Virus record (IMG/VR): IMGVR_UViG_3300020411_000002
Origin: a virus
Lineage: Duplodnaviria > Caudoviricetes
Direction: 5' to 3' (one strand)
Length of the DNA: 64,000 nt
The notes below the pieces were generated by a model. The model was not told the DNA's origin and made no database searches. It saw only the letters and a program-made list of their open reading frames with translations. The number at the start of each line of letters is the position of its first letter. The stretch's first letter is position 1. Of this stretch, positions 1-9,611 are shown one piece after another. The translations under genes were made by a program, and so were the position numbers.

Positions 1-1450
1 CGTTATTACTCTTCTTAAAGATGCCAGTAAATTTACCATCAAGAACTGTTAGCTTTTCAATCTCTTGAAGTACTGCTTTCTCGTTGCCTGGGAATATAGG
101 TTCTTCTGGTTTTACTGTGCTATCGTCGTAATGAGGAACTTGAATTGTTTCATCGTACATTACAACACCGTCTGGAACGTAACGTTTATCTTGGATAACA
201 CCTTTTGCTTTAAGACGCATAGCGTGGGGTGTAGAAAGATAAGAAATCTTTTTGTTGCGCACTTTATTCAAGAAGCTTTCTATCTCGCCGCGCTTAAACT
301 TGTATATTGTAGCAGGGCTGCCAGAGGCATCAGACATAAACTTGTCTAGTGCTATACGTGCAGTAGTTACGTTAAGGCCTTGAACTATGGCAATTTTGTC
401 ACTATGTAATGATTGCTTATAGAAACCTAAGAACACGTTACCAGTAAGAGCTTCTGCACTAATAGAATGCATACCAGTTAAGTGTAGATTCTTAGTATAA
501 GCAGGGTCTTTAACCTTAGAGCTAATAGAACCTTCCAAGAAATCTAACGGGTCAATAACAGATGTAGATACCGATTCAGCAAATACTTTAGCGGCTTCCA
601 TTGCTTCGTCTTCTGATGCAATAGTATATTCACCTCTTCCACGCGGTACAAATTCTTCATGATGTAGATCGTCAGAGCTAATCTTGAACTTGAAGCCGTT
701 GTCTGTGTCGTCAACTATTAGCACTTTAGATTTGTCCCAAAAGTTTTGAACTTTCTCTATAGCAGCTTCTTTGGTATCTGGTAGATAAGCAATATCGCCT
801 TGTTTGACAGTATCGCCCTCACCAAATCCATGCAACGCACGATGCGACCAACCATACCACTTACCATCTTTTCCTTTACCGATAGTACAGATGTTTGCGT
901 TAGGTTTAGCAGGTTGTGGATAGATACCACACTCTTCACACAAGAACTTAGCGTCTTCTGGTGAACCAATGTAATGACCATCTGCATTATAAGCAGAGCG
1001 AAGAACTACAGGCTCGTTCAGGTCAGAAATCATTACTGATTCTTCCGCACTGATGTAGTAACCGTGGTCTTTCAGCATTGTAGAGTCACGCGATATCTCA
1101 CGCTTTAAAAGATTGTAGTCGTTGGTAAACTGGAAACCGTCGTCTAGCATTTGCTTTATTTCACTGCTATATCGAGGTTCAACAGGAGATTCTTCGTTGT
1201 CTTCCCAATTAGAGTAAAGACGCGTAGGCTCCCATTGCCAGTTCTGCCATTTCTTACCGATTTTTGTACCATCACCTATTGGTGCAATGTTCTGCTCTTC
1301 ATACATTGCGTCTTCACGTTCAATAGTAGATACCAAAGATACAGACTTAACACCTGTTTGTGAGGCATAATCAAAAGCGTATAGACGGCGATTGATTCCA
1401 GCTAGCGATGCAGAAGTTGCTTCACTTACTATAAGATTTAAAGTATCCAT
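1..1450 (-). CDS. Hypothetical protein, partial (runs off the left edge; not in the ORF track)
   Basis: Manual translation: ATG at 1450 with AAGGAAG upstream, open for 483 codons to position 1 (MDTLNLIVSEATSASLAG...GKWYGWSHRALHGFGEGD...). Confidence 0.85.
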   Translation of the reverse strand, partial: MDTLNLIVSEATSASLAGINRRLYAFDYASQTGVKSVSLVSTIEREDAMYEEQNIAPIGDGTKIGKKWQNWQWEPTRLYSNWEDNEESPVEPRYSSEIKQMLDDGFQFTNDYNLLKREISRDSTMLKDHGYYISAEESVMISDLNEPVVLRSAYNADGHYIGSPEDAKFLCEECGIYPQPAKPNANICTIGKGKDGKWYGWSHRALHGFGEGDTVKQGDIAYLPDTKEAAIEKVQNFWDKSKVLIVDDTDNGFKFKISSDDLHHEEFVPRGRGEYTIASEDEAMEAAKVFAESVSTSVIDPLDFLEGSISSKVKDPAYTKNLHLTGMHSISAEALTGNVFLGFYKQSLHSDKIAIVQGLNVTTARIALDKFMSDASGSPATIYKFKRGEIESFLNKVRNKKISYLSTPHAMRLKAKGVIQDKRYVPDGVVMYDETIQVPHYDDSTVKPEEPIFPGNEKAVLQEIEKLTVLDGKFTGIFKKSNN

Positions 1451-1568
1451 ATACTTCCTTTAATCAGTTGGTGCAGGTGGAGTGCCTTCATAATCAGGCT
1501 AATTTGCCCACTCTACAAATTTTAATTCTTCGAGTGTATTGCATTTCATTTTACTTTACCGTAAAAAG

Positions 1569-2066
1569 CTATAGTTTGTTTTTATCTACGTCTAATTTTG
1601 AACGTATATCAAATAACCCTCTTCTACTATGCTGTTCGATATAGGAAATGCTACTGAACTCAAAAACAAATTGTGTATTCTTCAAGTCCTCTTTTGGAAC
1701 AGGCATGCCTAAGTAATAGAATTGTTTATCCCAGTCTATATCACAATGTTCGTGTACTCGACCTTTCTTATCTACATTAAATACGTGCTGAAACATTTCC
1801 CACTTAGAATTATTTCTATACACAAAGTATCCAATGTAGACAGGTAGACCTTTCTCTTCATATACTTTAACTGCTGATTCCGCCGGATTGTTACGACTGT
1901 ATTCTACTGTCTTGATACCTCTATCAATAACAGGTAGTTTATAGAGTCTTATAGGCAAGTCACGAATATGAAAGTAACGATTAGAAAGTTCTTCTATCGT
2001 ACTCATATTCAAATGCTTTGGGCTTCTAGATAGACTTAGACTCGTTAAATCTAATATTGCCTGCAT
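1569..2066 (-). CDS. Hypothetical protein with N-terminal SLS motif (putative head protein)
   Basis: Track ORF 1569..2123; likelier start ATG 2066 after GGAAG, giving MQAILDLTSLSLSR. Confidence 0.65.
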   Translation of the reverse strand: MQAILDLTSLSLSRSPKHLNMSTIEELSNRYFHIRDLPIRLYKLPVIDRGIKTVEYSRNNPAESAVKVYEEKGLPVYIGYFVYRNNSKWEMFQHVFNVDKKGRVHEHCDIDWDKQFYYLGMPVPKEDLKNTQFVFEFSSISYIEQHSRRGLFDIRSKLDVDKNKL

Positions 2067-2724
2067 ATATTTCTTCCAATCTATCTTTAACAAATTCAAT
2101 AACCTTACCAACCGTTTGTTCAATAGTAAGCTCAGATGTATCTATTAAAGTTATGTTTTCTGGTTCTGCGAGATTCCACTCTTTGTATTTGCTGACTGCA
2201 TTTCTGTAACACCCAGAAAGACGGTCTGCATCGGAATACGCTTTTTCAATTGCATCGTTTTCTAAATCGGCTGTGTCTCTGTCTAAACACTCTAGCTTAC
2301 GCTGTGCAGAAACTTTACCGTTAACGTCTAGAACTATGTAGATGCGATTAACAGGCTCTTCGAAAGGTCTGTTAAGTATTGTTCTAGTTGCAGCAAACAC
2401 TCGGCTTGCTTCATTGTCTTTCATGTACTCACACTGGTACGCATAAGTAGACATATCAGAGCGGTCAAAAATATGTAGGTTTGTTGGCGATTCAGCAACA
2501 TGTTCTAGCAATACTGATCTGCTAAGAAGCATAGCAAACAGATTAGAAGTATTACTTAGTGAATTGCTTTTAACAATGTCACGTACAGCTTCACCAACAA
2601 GAGTACCGCCAGGCTCTCTGTGTCTTTCCACCAGCATTGTTTTACTGAGGAAGTTATATAGAGAACTAACAGCATGAGTTTTGCCTGAATAATCAGGACC
2701 GTCTATTGCAATTATTGTTTTCAT
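2026..2724 (-). CDS. tmk: Thymidylate (dTMP) kinase
   Basis: P-loop IDGPDYSGKT, REPGGT, DRSDMSTYAYQ motifs; start moved to ATG 2724. Confidence 0.92.
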   Translation of the reverse strand: MKTIIAIDGPDYSGKTHAVSSLYNFLSKTMLVERHREPGGTLVGEAVRDIVKSNSLSNTSNLFAMLLSRSVLLEHVAESPTNLHIFDRSDMSTYAYQCEYMKDNEASRVFAATRTILNRPFEEPVNRIYIVLDVNGKVSAQRKLECLDRDTADLENDAIEKAYSDADRLSGCYRNAVSKYKEWNLAEPENITLIDTSELTIEQTVGKVIEFVKDRLEEIYAGNIRFNESKSI

Positions 2725-2748
2725 AAATACCAACTGTGGAGGATTGTT

Positions 2749-3369
2749 TTATTCTAACCAAGCATTCTCAGCACTGATAACACGTTCGGGGCCCAGCTTT
2801 TTAGTTTCTGGGTCTTCTATTCGAACTTTAACTTTGTTACCGAATGGCTCTACACCTAACAAGACACCTTGGTATTGTTTATTCTTACCAATAAGAATTG
2901 TTTTGTTAAATGAAGTTTGAGCACCCTTGGTCTTTCTTGGATTGAACATAAGAGATTTTAACCCCTCTGCCCTTTTAAGGTGTTCAGCACACCACTTTCT
3001 AGAATCTGCTGCATCAGAATCTTTAATGCGTTGCAGATCTAAGTTGCAGAAAAAAGCTTGGATAGCAGGCTCTTTGTCTGCAAACATGTAAGCACTTGGT
3101 TCAGCTAGTCTAGGGCTGGAACGACTTACCATGTAACGCCCAATACCCAAACGGCTTAGAGTTGTTACGCTATTAGTAAATCGACTTTTCCAAATGCATC
3201 TATACAGTTTAGAATCTTCTTCATATATCCAATTAAGGATAATGTGACCTATCTGAGTGTTATCGATAGGAATAGCTCCACCTTTTCTCTGGGAGAGCTT
3301 CTTATTAAAAGTCTTTACGAAAGAGCTTTTCTCAGATAGAGCTATTAGCCCCTCAATATCTAAGCGCAT
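2749..3369 (-). CDS. Hypothetical protein
   Basis: 206-aa ORF with AAGGT upstream; no family recognised. Confidence 0.7.
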   Translation of the reverse strand: MRLDIEGLIALSEKSSFVKTFNKKLSQRKGGAIPIDNTQIGHIILNWIYEEDSKLYRCIWKSRFTNSVTTLSRLGIGRYMVSRSSPRLAEPSAYMFADKEPAIQAFFCNLDLQRIKDSDAADSRKWCAEHLKRAEGLKSLMFNPRKTKGAQTSFNKTILIGKNKQYQGVLLGVEPFGNKVKVRIEDPETKKLGPERVISAENAWLE

Positions 3370-3418
3370 AGCACGACCTTATTGTTAGTTTTGTACAATA
3401 CTTTAAATTAGTTAATTG

Positions 3419-3763
3419 CTACCATAGATCATTCAGTGCCCAATAAGCAGCCTGAAACTTATCTTTATATGCTAGCTTACCGTCTTTTGTTTTGATGCCC
3501 ATGTGGCGCTTACGATAGTTATCTCTACGCTTTTTATCTTTATGCGTAGTATAGTCTTCGTAGTCCTTATGTCCGTACTTAACTAACTTAAACTGATTTC
3601 CTTTCTTAGCAAGCACACATCGTTTGTGTCTGCTGTCAGTAGGATTATCTATTGGTTTGTTCCAGCCGGGAAAAGTCATTCCACGATACTTTAGCTTACC
3701 GTTTTCTTTTTCTACCTTTTCTATGGGCTGGCTTGTTGCTGATAGACTTACTAGTATCTTCAT
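3419..3763 (-). CDS. Small basic protein, DUF5754-like, with N-terminal SLS motif
   Basis: YGHKDYEDYTTHKDKKRRDNYRKRH and AAYWA motifs resemble this viral family from memory; begins MKILVSLSA. Confidence 0.65.
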   Translation of the reverse strand: MKILVSLSATSQPIEKVEKENGKLKYRGMTFPGWNKPIDNPTDSRHKRCVLAKKGNQFKLVKYGHKDYEDYTTHKDKKRRDNYRKRHMGIKTKDGKLAYKDKFQAAYWALNDLW

Positions 3764-4502
3764 AGATAGATTCTCTGTTCTGGACTTTCTGAATACGCAT
3801 CTGTATCTCAGGGTCTTTAAGTCGGTCTTTGAAACTACTTTTGGGAAACTTCTTTAAGTACTTTTCTTTTTCGTGAGGGTCAAACTCGTACAAGAATGTA
3901 TGCTCAGAAACACTTGCATCAAAGTGGTAAGTGTCTTGAAGATAGACACTGCCTCTACTGGGCTTTAAGTTAGCAACACATAAACCACCACGCCATGCTA
4001 ACTTGGTAATTAACCATCGTCTGTTCTTACCTGTTACTTTGCGCTTACGTGCTGGAACTCTATTTGTAAGCCAAACTCTAAGTCTCTTCTTACCATTCTC
4101 TACCGTAACATCAGGTTCTTTTTGTTTACCAGTTACAGGGTCTTTAAAGTTGCAGCATAGTGTAAGCAATCCCACTTTATGTTTCTTACATTCGTCTACA
4201 ATGAACTGACCTTTATCTGAATCATATAACCATTCTGGAATACAGAAATACATTTTGTTGCAGTAGTCTAGGTATGTGTGCCACTTGGTATCTGTAGCAA
4301 AGTCTTCCCAACAGCTTTTTATTTCTGTTATTATGATTTCACCTTTCATACTGAACGCAACTAAATCGGCGCGACTGCCTTTGTTTTTGCTTATGCCTAC
4401 TTCTTCGTATAGACTGTAGTTCTTATCTGCAAAGTACCTGACACACGCTTCGGTCGACCTTGCAGTTATTTCTTTTCTTCCAAATGTTTTTTGAACACTC
4501 AT
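3696..4502 (-). CDS. mmcB: MmcB-like PD-(D/E)xK nuclease / DNA repair protein
   Basis: RADLVAF..GEIIITEIKSCWEDFATDTKWHTYLDYCNKMYF matches the MmcB signature. Confidence 0.8.
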   Translation of the reverse strand: MSVQKTFGRKEITARSTEACVRYFADKNYSLYEEVGISKNKGSRADLVAFSMKGEIIITEIKSCWEDFATDTKWHTYLDYCNKMYFCIPEWLYDSDKGQFIVDECKKHKVGLLTLCCNFKDPVTGKQKEPDVTVENGKKRLRVWLTNRVPARKRKVTGKNRRWLITKLAWRGGLCVANLKPSRGSVYLQDTYHFDASVSEHTFLYEFDPHEKEKYLKKFPKSSFKDRLKDPEIQMRIQKVQNRESIYEDTSKSISNKPAHRKGRKRKR

Positions 4503-4951
4503 TCTGATTTTATAACATGGACAATACGAACATCGTTAGTAACTTGACTAAGAGGTAAGTACCCGATTCCGCCTTCGTCTAATGTTATTCCATTAATTAA
4601 CTGTGAGGGCTTGCTTACAAGCACTGGAGGCTGTACGTTGTTAGTATACAAATTCTTAGCCCAAGAACTCTGAATTTCAAACAAAGTCTTATCAGCTAGA
4701 AAATTTTTATTAAATTGATCGATAAGTACTGGGTCGTTTACCATATAGATAGTGAGGAAGAGATTAACTTTAGAATAACCTTTCCGTTTACCTAGAAATA
4801 TCTCTCTTATATTTGAACGTGTTATGTCTGAATAGTTAGACTGATTTACAACGACTACTATATCTGAACTTGCATCGTATATAGGCTCTTCTAATGAGTA
4901 CGAAAAGAAAGGCATCAAAGAAAAGAAAGATAGCGTTAGCAGCTTTTGCAT
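4499..4951 (-). CDS. Secreted single-domain periplasmic-binding-protein-like protein
   Basis: Signal-peptide-like N terminus; VVVVN..N...IREIFLGK, W...YT..V.PP, GIGY motifs as in gammaproteobacterial proteins annotated as phosphate ABC substrate-binding-like. Confidence 0.72.
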   Translation of the reverse strand: MQKLLTLSFFSLMPFFSYSLEEPIYDASSDIVVVVNQSNYSDITRSNIREIFLGKRKGYSKVNLFLTIYMVNDPVLIDQFNKNFLADKTLFEIQSSWAKNLYTNNVQPPVLVSKPSQLINGITLDEGGIGYLPLSQVTNDVRIVHVIKSE

Positions 4952-4952
4952 A

Positions 4953-5396
4953 TCAGTCCTCTTGAATAGGTTCTATATATTCACCAGCAAGCTCTAGTTT
5001 AAAATTAGCTAAATCCATTTCTAGGAATTTTTTCTTTTCTTCACTAGTTGGTTGATACTTGATAGAAATGTGTGGGCTGAACTCAGGATAAGAGTGTCTA
5101 AGTTTATAGACTTTCTTTAACGCTTCGTGTCTGCGTGAAAGAGCAGGTGCGTCTAGCTTTAAAACCAATGCTTCCCACTTATCGCCAGCTTTACCGAATA
5201 CGTCTTTACCTGTTACAGTAGCTTTGAAAGTTCTGTAAGGTGCAGGGGTAAACTTGTGATGTACATCATCTTCAGGAGCGTAAATAATTGTTGCATGTAA
5301 ATCATCAATCATTCTTGTGAAGTGTGCGCGGAATAAGTTTCTCAATTGCGCTTCGCTTTCAGGTGTAAGCCTAATACCTATATAAGTTCCAATCAT
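4953..5396 (-). CDS. acb1: Acb1 / T4 gp57B-like 2H phosphoesterase (anti-CBASS)
   Basis: Two 2H motifs LHATIIY and PHISIKY, plus GTY, LVLKLD..L..RH and EY.EP at gp57B-like spacing; 147 aa. Confidence 0.85.
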   Translation of the reverse strand: MIGTYIGIRLTPESEAQLRNLFRAHFTRMIDDLHATIIYAPEDDVHHKFTPAPYRTFKATVTGKDVFGKAGDKWEALVLKLDAPALSRRHEALKKVYKLRHSYPEFSPHISIKYQPTSEEKKKFLEMDLANFKLELAGEYIEPIQED

Positions 5397-5761
5397 GATA
5401 TCTTTCCCAATGTTTTAAACTTTGCTATGTGTACTACGTGTCTTCTATCCAACGAACCAAAGCGATACGTAAGAGCAGTAGGGTTGAATCGGTCTTCAAC
5501 GCGTTTGTCTTCGTATGTATCAAACAGAATAAATTTCTTTTGTTCGTCTAATACAATCATGTGAGAAGGGTCATTACTTCCCTTGTGACTTAGTAATGCA
5601 AAATGCAAATCAGGTCTACGTCTATTCTTAAAGTAATACATACTTCCAGCGTAGCAGCTTGCCTCTGAATGAGGTATGCGTTCTCTTCCTTGTGCTATGT
5701 CTTCTAACCAAGAAATACGCTCGTGTAGAGTACGATTAGATAGAGATATTAATAACTTCAT
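5393..5761 (-). CDS. Hypothetical protein with SLS tag; possible Cys-His-Asp triad
   Basis: Begins MKLLISLSN; SCY...SHMIVLD...LFDT. Confidence 0.6.
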   Translation of the reverse strand: MKLLISLSNRTLHERISWLEDIAQGRERIPHSEASCYAGSMYYFKNRRRPDLHFALLSHKGSNDPSHMIVLDEQKKFILFDTYEDKRVEDRFNPTALTYRFGSLDRRHVVHIAKFKTLGKIS

Positions 5762-5776
5762 AAGAGTCTCTAATTG

Positions 5777-5799
5777 AAAAGAGGGGCATTGCCCCTCTT
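5777..5799 (-). terminator. Intrinsic terminator at the end of the paralogue array
   Basis: Minus strand AAGAGGGGC-AAT-GCCCCTCTT followed by T tract. Confidence 0.85.
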
Positions 5800-5809
5800 G
5801 ATAAGTTTA

Positions 5810-6334
5810 TTAAGTAAACGCTACGTCTAAATCGGTAGTAGAGTATTCGCGAGAATCAACAAAACCACCAAGTAGTTTCAAATCGGCGTCTGACTCTTCA
5901 TCGCCTACAGTACCTAGATATGATACGTTGGATCTTTCTGCTAGAGCAGGTAAGTCTGATTCTGTAACAATATTAGAACCTATATCTCTTTCTAATACCA
6001 AGAAAGCAAACCAAGTAGGCGTGCCTTCATTTATTTGTCTGAACAGTTCTAAACTTTCGCTTAGAGGCCACTGAACAAAGTTATAGTTCGGGAATCGAGG
6101 CTGCATACTCGAACCATACACGTTGAAGTTTAAAAGCGTATCTCCACGGTCAGAAGCCCAACTAAGAAGATTATTAACGATTACTTCTTGGTTGTCATCC
6201 ATTCCTTTTATAGCTTCTAGCTCTTCACGCGTAGGTTGCGTACCACCTGCAAAGACAAAAAGCATTTTAGAGCAAGGGGCACTAAAGGCAGAATAGTTAG
6301 ATAGTCTAACAAATGAATCTGAAACGTTTATCAT
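5810..6334 (-). CDS. Array paralogue, short form (putative virion structural protein)
   Basis: FVFAGGTQPT...WFAFL...GTVGDEESDADLKL core motifs. Confidence 0.7.
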   Translation of the reverse strand: MINVSDSFVRLSNYSAFSAPCSKMLFVFAGGTQPTREELEAIKGMDDNQEVIVNNLLSWASDRGDTLLNFNVYGSSMQPRFPNYNFVQWPLSESLELFRQINEGTPTWFAFLVLERDIGSNIVTESDLPALAERSNVSYLGTVGDEESDADLKLLGGFVDSREYSTTDLDVAFT

Positions 6335-7260
6335 TATACGTCCTCCACTTCGTCTGCAACAATTTCGCAGTGAACTAATCGAGCCGCTTGAGCAGGCTGG
6401 TGGTTTGTTTTAGCTAGAACCATTTCGGATGGTGATAGAGCGGAACCTACATTCATCCAAATGAAAGGAAAAGTTGTACCAAGTACATTTACCGAAGTAT
6501 GACTAACTAAGTCAAATAGAATAAGACCCCAAGTAACGTCATTCTTTGGAGTATTTACAAAGTCTGTTTTGTTAGAGAAGAAGTAAATACTTTCTATCCC
6601 CACTGTAGATATAGGTGCTACGTCAAACTGAACACGAACACGACTGCTATTAATAGGCTCTGCAAACTCTATTCTATCTTTCAGTTCATTTGAATCTACA
6701 ACTAAAGCAGTAGCCCAATCGCCGTTACCTTCATTTAGTGCTTCATCAAAGTACTTTACACTAAAATGTCCGTAATTGTAGGTAGCTGGAAAACGATAGT
6801 CAATACCATCAATTTGTGAATTTGCTTCAAATTCAAATTCAATGTAGTCCCCTACTTGTATGTACGTGTTACTGTACCAACGGTTAGACGGTAGGTGGTT
6901 AAATACATTAAGAAAATCGAAACGCTTAGCTTGTTCTATCTCTATATTTGTATCGACACTCAAAGGAACTAAATTGTTTACTTGTCCGCTACGATAAATA
7001 TCACTCCCATGACCCTTAAAGTGTATTCCAGTGTCTCCTGGTACACCTCTAAAGATAATAGAACTAGTATCGTCATTGTAAAGGAACTCAGACTCAATGA
7101 CTGCACTGCACTCGTTATACATAGATATCGGGTCTGTAGGGTCGAAAGTAAACAAATTTTTGTTAGCTGGAATATCTGAGCTAAACAAGAATATTTTACA
7201 TTGCTTTTTAGAAAGATTCTTTAAGGTCTTTCCTAGGCTTTTTGATTGCTCTATAATCAT
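6334..7260 (-). CDS. Array paralogue, long form with discoidin/F5-8C-like insert
   Basis: FLFSSDIP...FDEALNEGNGDW...SSRVRV...VTWGLI. Confidence 0.7.
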   Translation of the reverse strand: MIIEQSKSLGKTLKNLSKKQCKIFLFSSDIPANKNLFTFDPTDPISMYNECSAVIESEFLYNDDTSSIIFRGVPGDTGIHFKGHGSDIYRSGQVNNLVPLSVDTNIEIEQAKRFDFLNVFNHLPSNRWYSNTYIQVGDYIEFEFEANSQIDGIDYRFPATYNYGHFSVKYFDEALNEGNGDWATALVVDSNELKDRIEFAEPINSSRVRVQFDVAPISTVGIESIYFFSNKTDFVNTPKNDVTWGLILFDLVSHTSVNVLGTTFPFIWMNVGSALSPSEMVLAKTNHQPAQAARLVHCEIVADEVEDV

Positions 7261-7270
7261 TACATCAACC

Positions 7271-7831
7271 TTAATTAAGTTTGAATTTAATAGAAGACAG
7301 TTTGATAACTTTATCTAAAGTAACCTCAGTGTCAGAAATTTGAACCTCGCCGCCGTTTTCAACAGTATCAACGCGAGACATATTAATATAAAAAATAGCG
7401 TCAGTAGCGTCCACCAAAGGGTTTTCTAAATTAAAGTAATAAGATCTTACTACCATTGTAAGCAAGAAGCCTGCTTGACCTTCGGCTAATATATCAAACT
7501 TCGTTTCTGGACTTAATGAAGAATCAAATTCTATCAAGTCTTCATTAATTAGCGTCCACATTGAAGAATCGGCGTAAGTAAAACCTGTCGTACCCAAAAG
7601 AGTGTGTCCTAAATCATCTGAGATATAAGACAAAACATCTTTTATATTTACATTACCTATGTCACCAGTCGTTTGATTAAAGCGACCATCTTCTACAGCT
7701 TGTTGGAATTCATCAGCCGTAGGAGGCGTACCTGTGAAAAGTGCAAAAACCATTTGACCTTCATTAGTAACTTCGTATTCAATACCAACATAGTTGTTTG
7801 CCACAATAGACATTGATTTATTAATAAACAT
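7271..7831 (-). CDS. Array paralogue, short form
   Basis: LFTGTPPTADEF core; C-terminal GGEVQISD. Confidence 0.7.
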   Translation of the reverse strand: MFINKSMSIVANNYVGIEYEVTNEGQMVFALFTGTPPTADEFQQAVEDGRFNQTTGDIGNVNIKDVLSYISDDLGHTLLGTTGFTYADSSMWTLINEDLIEFDSSLSPETKFDILAEGQAGFLLTMVVRSYYFNLENPLVDATDAIFYINMSRVDTVENGGEVQISDTEVTLDKVIKLSSIKFKLN

Positions 7832-8859
7832 TAAAAGCTCTCCTTGGCTACAAACTTAAATTCAAGATTGAGCAAACTGTTAACACGCCCGGGTATAGGG
7901 TCTTCGTTAGAGAATATAGCTTCTCTTGGATCAAGAGGCCCACCAGCAGCGCTGACAATGTAAGGCATTTCAGGACTTACTTCAATAAATGTCTGATTTA
8001 CAGATAGTATACATGGAACTAGCAGCATCCAGCCGATAGTTGTTTGCGTATCTACTACAGTAGGTGTAGCACCGTAAAAAGAGATTTGTGCAATACGAGT
8101 ATTCAAGCTAGGAGAAGGTTCATTGAACTTAAAGCGAATTTTTCTAGTAGTCACTTCATCGAACCGAATCGTACTAAGACTAGATAGAGTTAAATCAACG
8201 GTATGGAAAGTTACCCAATCGCCGTTACCTTCATTCAAAGTATTATCCCAGCGCTGAATTTCTGTAGTCCCTACAAAAGCGTTGCTTTCTCGACTACTAT
8301 CGAACTCGATTAGATCGACAGGAACTTCTTTTTCAAAATCACACTCTAGATACAAGCCCGTAGTGCCTTCAGGAATCTCAGTATAAAAAGCAGCGTTGGT
8401 ATTAAAATCGTTCAGACCTGGAGTGAAGATAAAAGGAAAAGGAACTGTCGTTTCGTTTTCTGAAACTATCGAGTTTTTATCATAGTCTAATAGATTAGTA
8501 TTAGCAGTCTTAGGGATGTGTCTTGTCTTCTTCTTAGCATAGTCATAGTATCCTAACTTAGGAATACCAATAGGAACACCACGCTGCGACCATGCCACCT
8601 TGTCTTTTCTAGGACGAGAAGCTGTAACAAAGTTGGCTTGAACCATATTATTGTAGATAGCTTGCCAATTTAGAGTTCTGAAATCCTTAACAGGATAATC
8701 TAATATCTCATTAGAGTTAACAAACAAATCAAATGGTATTTCAGAGGGATTGGTAGGGGCAGTCCCTTCAAAAGCAAACGCGTAGTAATAAGGCCCTAGC
8801 TTGTCTACTATGTTGTGGGATCTAGTGTTACCAGAATAATCTAACATGCGTTTCCTCAC
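7831..8859 (-). CDS. Array paralogue, long form with discoidin-like insert
   Basis: FEGTAPT...WDNTLNEGNGDW...TRKIRF...IGWMLL. Confidence 0.7.
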   Translation of the reverse strand: MRKRMLDYSGNTRSHNIVDKLGPYYYAFAFEGTAPTNPSEIPFDLFVNSNEILDYPVKDFRTLNWQAIYNNMVQANFVTASRPRKDKVAWSQRGVPIGIPKLGYYDYAKKKTRHIPKTANTNLLDYDKNSIVSENETTVPFPFIFTPGLNDFNTNAAFYTEIPEGTTGLYLECDFEKEVPVDLIEFDSSRESNAFVGTTEIQRWDNTLNEGNGDWVTFHTVDLTLSSLSTIRFDEVTTRKIRFKFNEPSPSLNTRIAQISFYGATPTVVDTQTTIGWMLLVPCILSVNQTFIEVSPEMPYIVSAAGGPLDPREAIFSNEDPIPGRVNSLLNLEFKFVAKESF

Positions 8860-9602
8860 ATACTAAAACGGGGGTTATTAGAAGGTTCACCAGACGGAAT
8901 GAATTTTAAACCGACAGGTGATACGAATTTAAAGCTTGTTGGTTGAACTTCATTTTCTACAATGTTCATAAAACTAACAGGCTTGGTTTCTGTACTGACA
9001 CCAGCAACGTCAATAGTAGAATTTCTTGAAGCTACTACTGACTCAACATCTATATCGAAAGAGACTTGACCCTCAAAATAGGTTGCGGTAGTCCAAATAG
9101 ACTCGCCGTTCAAGAACTTTACGTCTAACGATGCAGGAGTCTTTAAAGTTCGAGTATCTAAGATTCGTGGAACAAATTCAGAAGGACCTAGTGCCTTGTC
9201 TATCTGTTCATTTATCTGCGAAAAGAACACAGTAGAGTACGTTACTTCTAAAGCTGGTTCAGCTTGCATCTGTTTTGACTCTGAACCTACTAGATAGGTC
9301 ATATAGTTAGAAGTTGTTACTGTACTTATTGTAGCATCTGCTACAAACTCACCTAGTATTGTAGCATCAAGAGAGTAAAGCATTGCAACCTTCTTAAACT
9401 CTTGATCTTCTAAGAAGTAAGTACTTTGAGTAGCTCCACTGGATAGGATACTTTCGGTGTTGAAGTTGCTTTGTGTTATCGAGTAAACTGATACAGGGCC
9501 TGGAGTCTTAAAGAAGTGAGAACCAGATAGATTCTCACCATCGAATACATAAGTACCGGGCTCAAACTGATCAGCTACATACGGAATGACTTGTAGTAGC
9601 AT
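8856..9602 (-). CDS. Hypothetical beta-rich protein inside the array (lacks the array core)
   Basis: 248-aa coupled ORF without the F-x-G-x-x-P motif. Confidence 0.6.
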   Translation of the reverse strand: MLLQVIPYVADQFEPGTYVFDGENLSGSHFFKTPGPVSVYSITQSNFNTESILSSGATQSTYFLEDQEFKKVAMLYSLDATILGEFVADATISTVTTSNYMTYLVGSESKQMQAEPALEVTYSTVFFSQINEQIDKALGPSEFVPRILDTRTLKTPASLDVKFLNGESIWTTATYFEGQVSFDIDVESVVASRNSTIDVAGVSTETKPVSFMNIVENEVQPTSFKFVSPVGLKFIPSGEPSNNPRFSM

Positions 9603-9611
9603 ATCTTTCCC

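Noticed and set aside
1461-1549. Mini-ORF MKCNTLEELKFVEWAN-TAG-PDYEGTPPAPTD suggesting amber readthrough or recoding
   Set aside because: Single short instance with no clear RBS; genes up to 1309 aa are intact under the standard code and TAG terminates ligA and the 1569 ORF, so genome-wide recoding is not supported.
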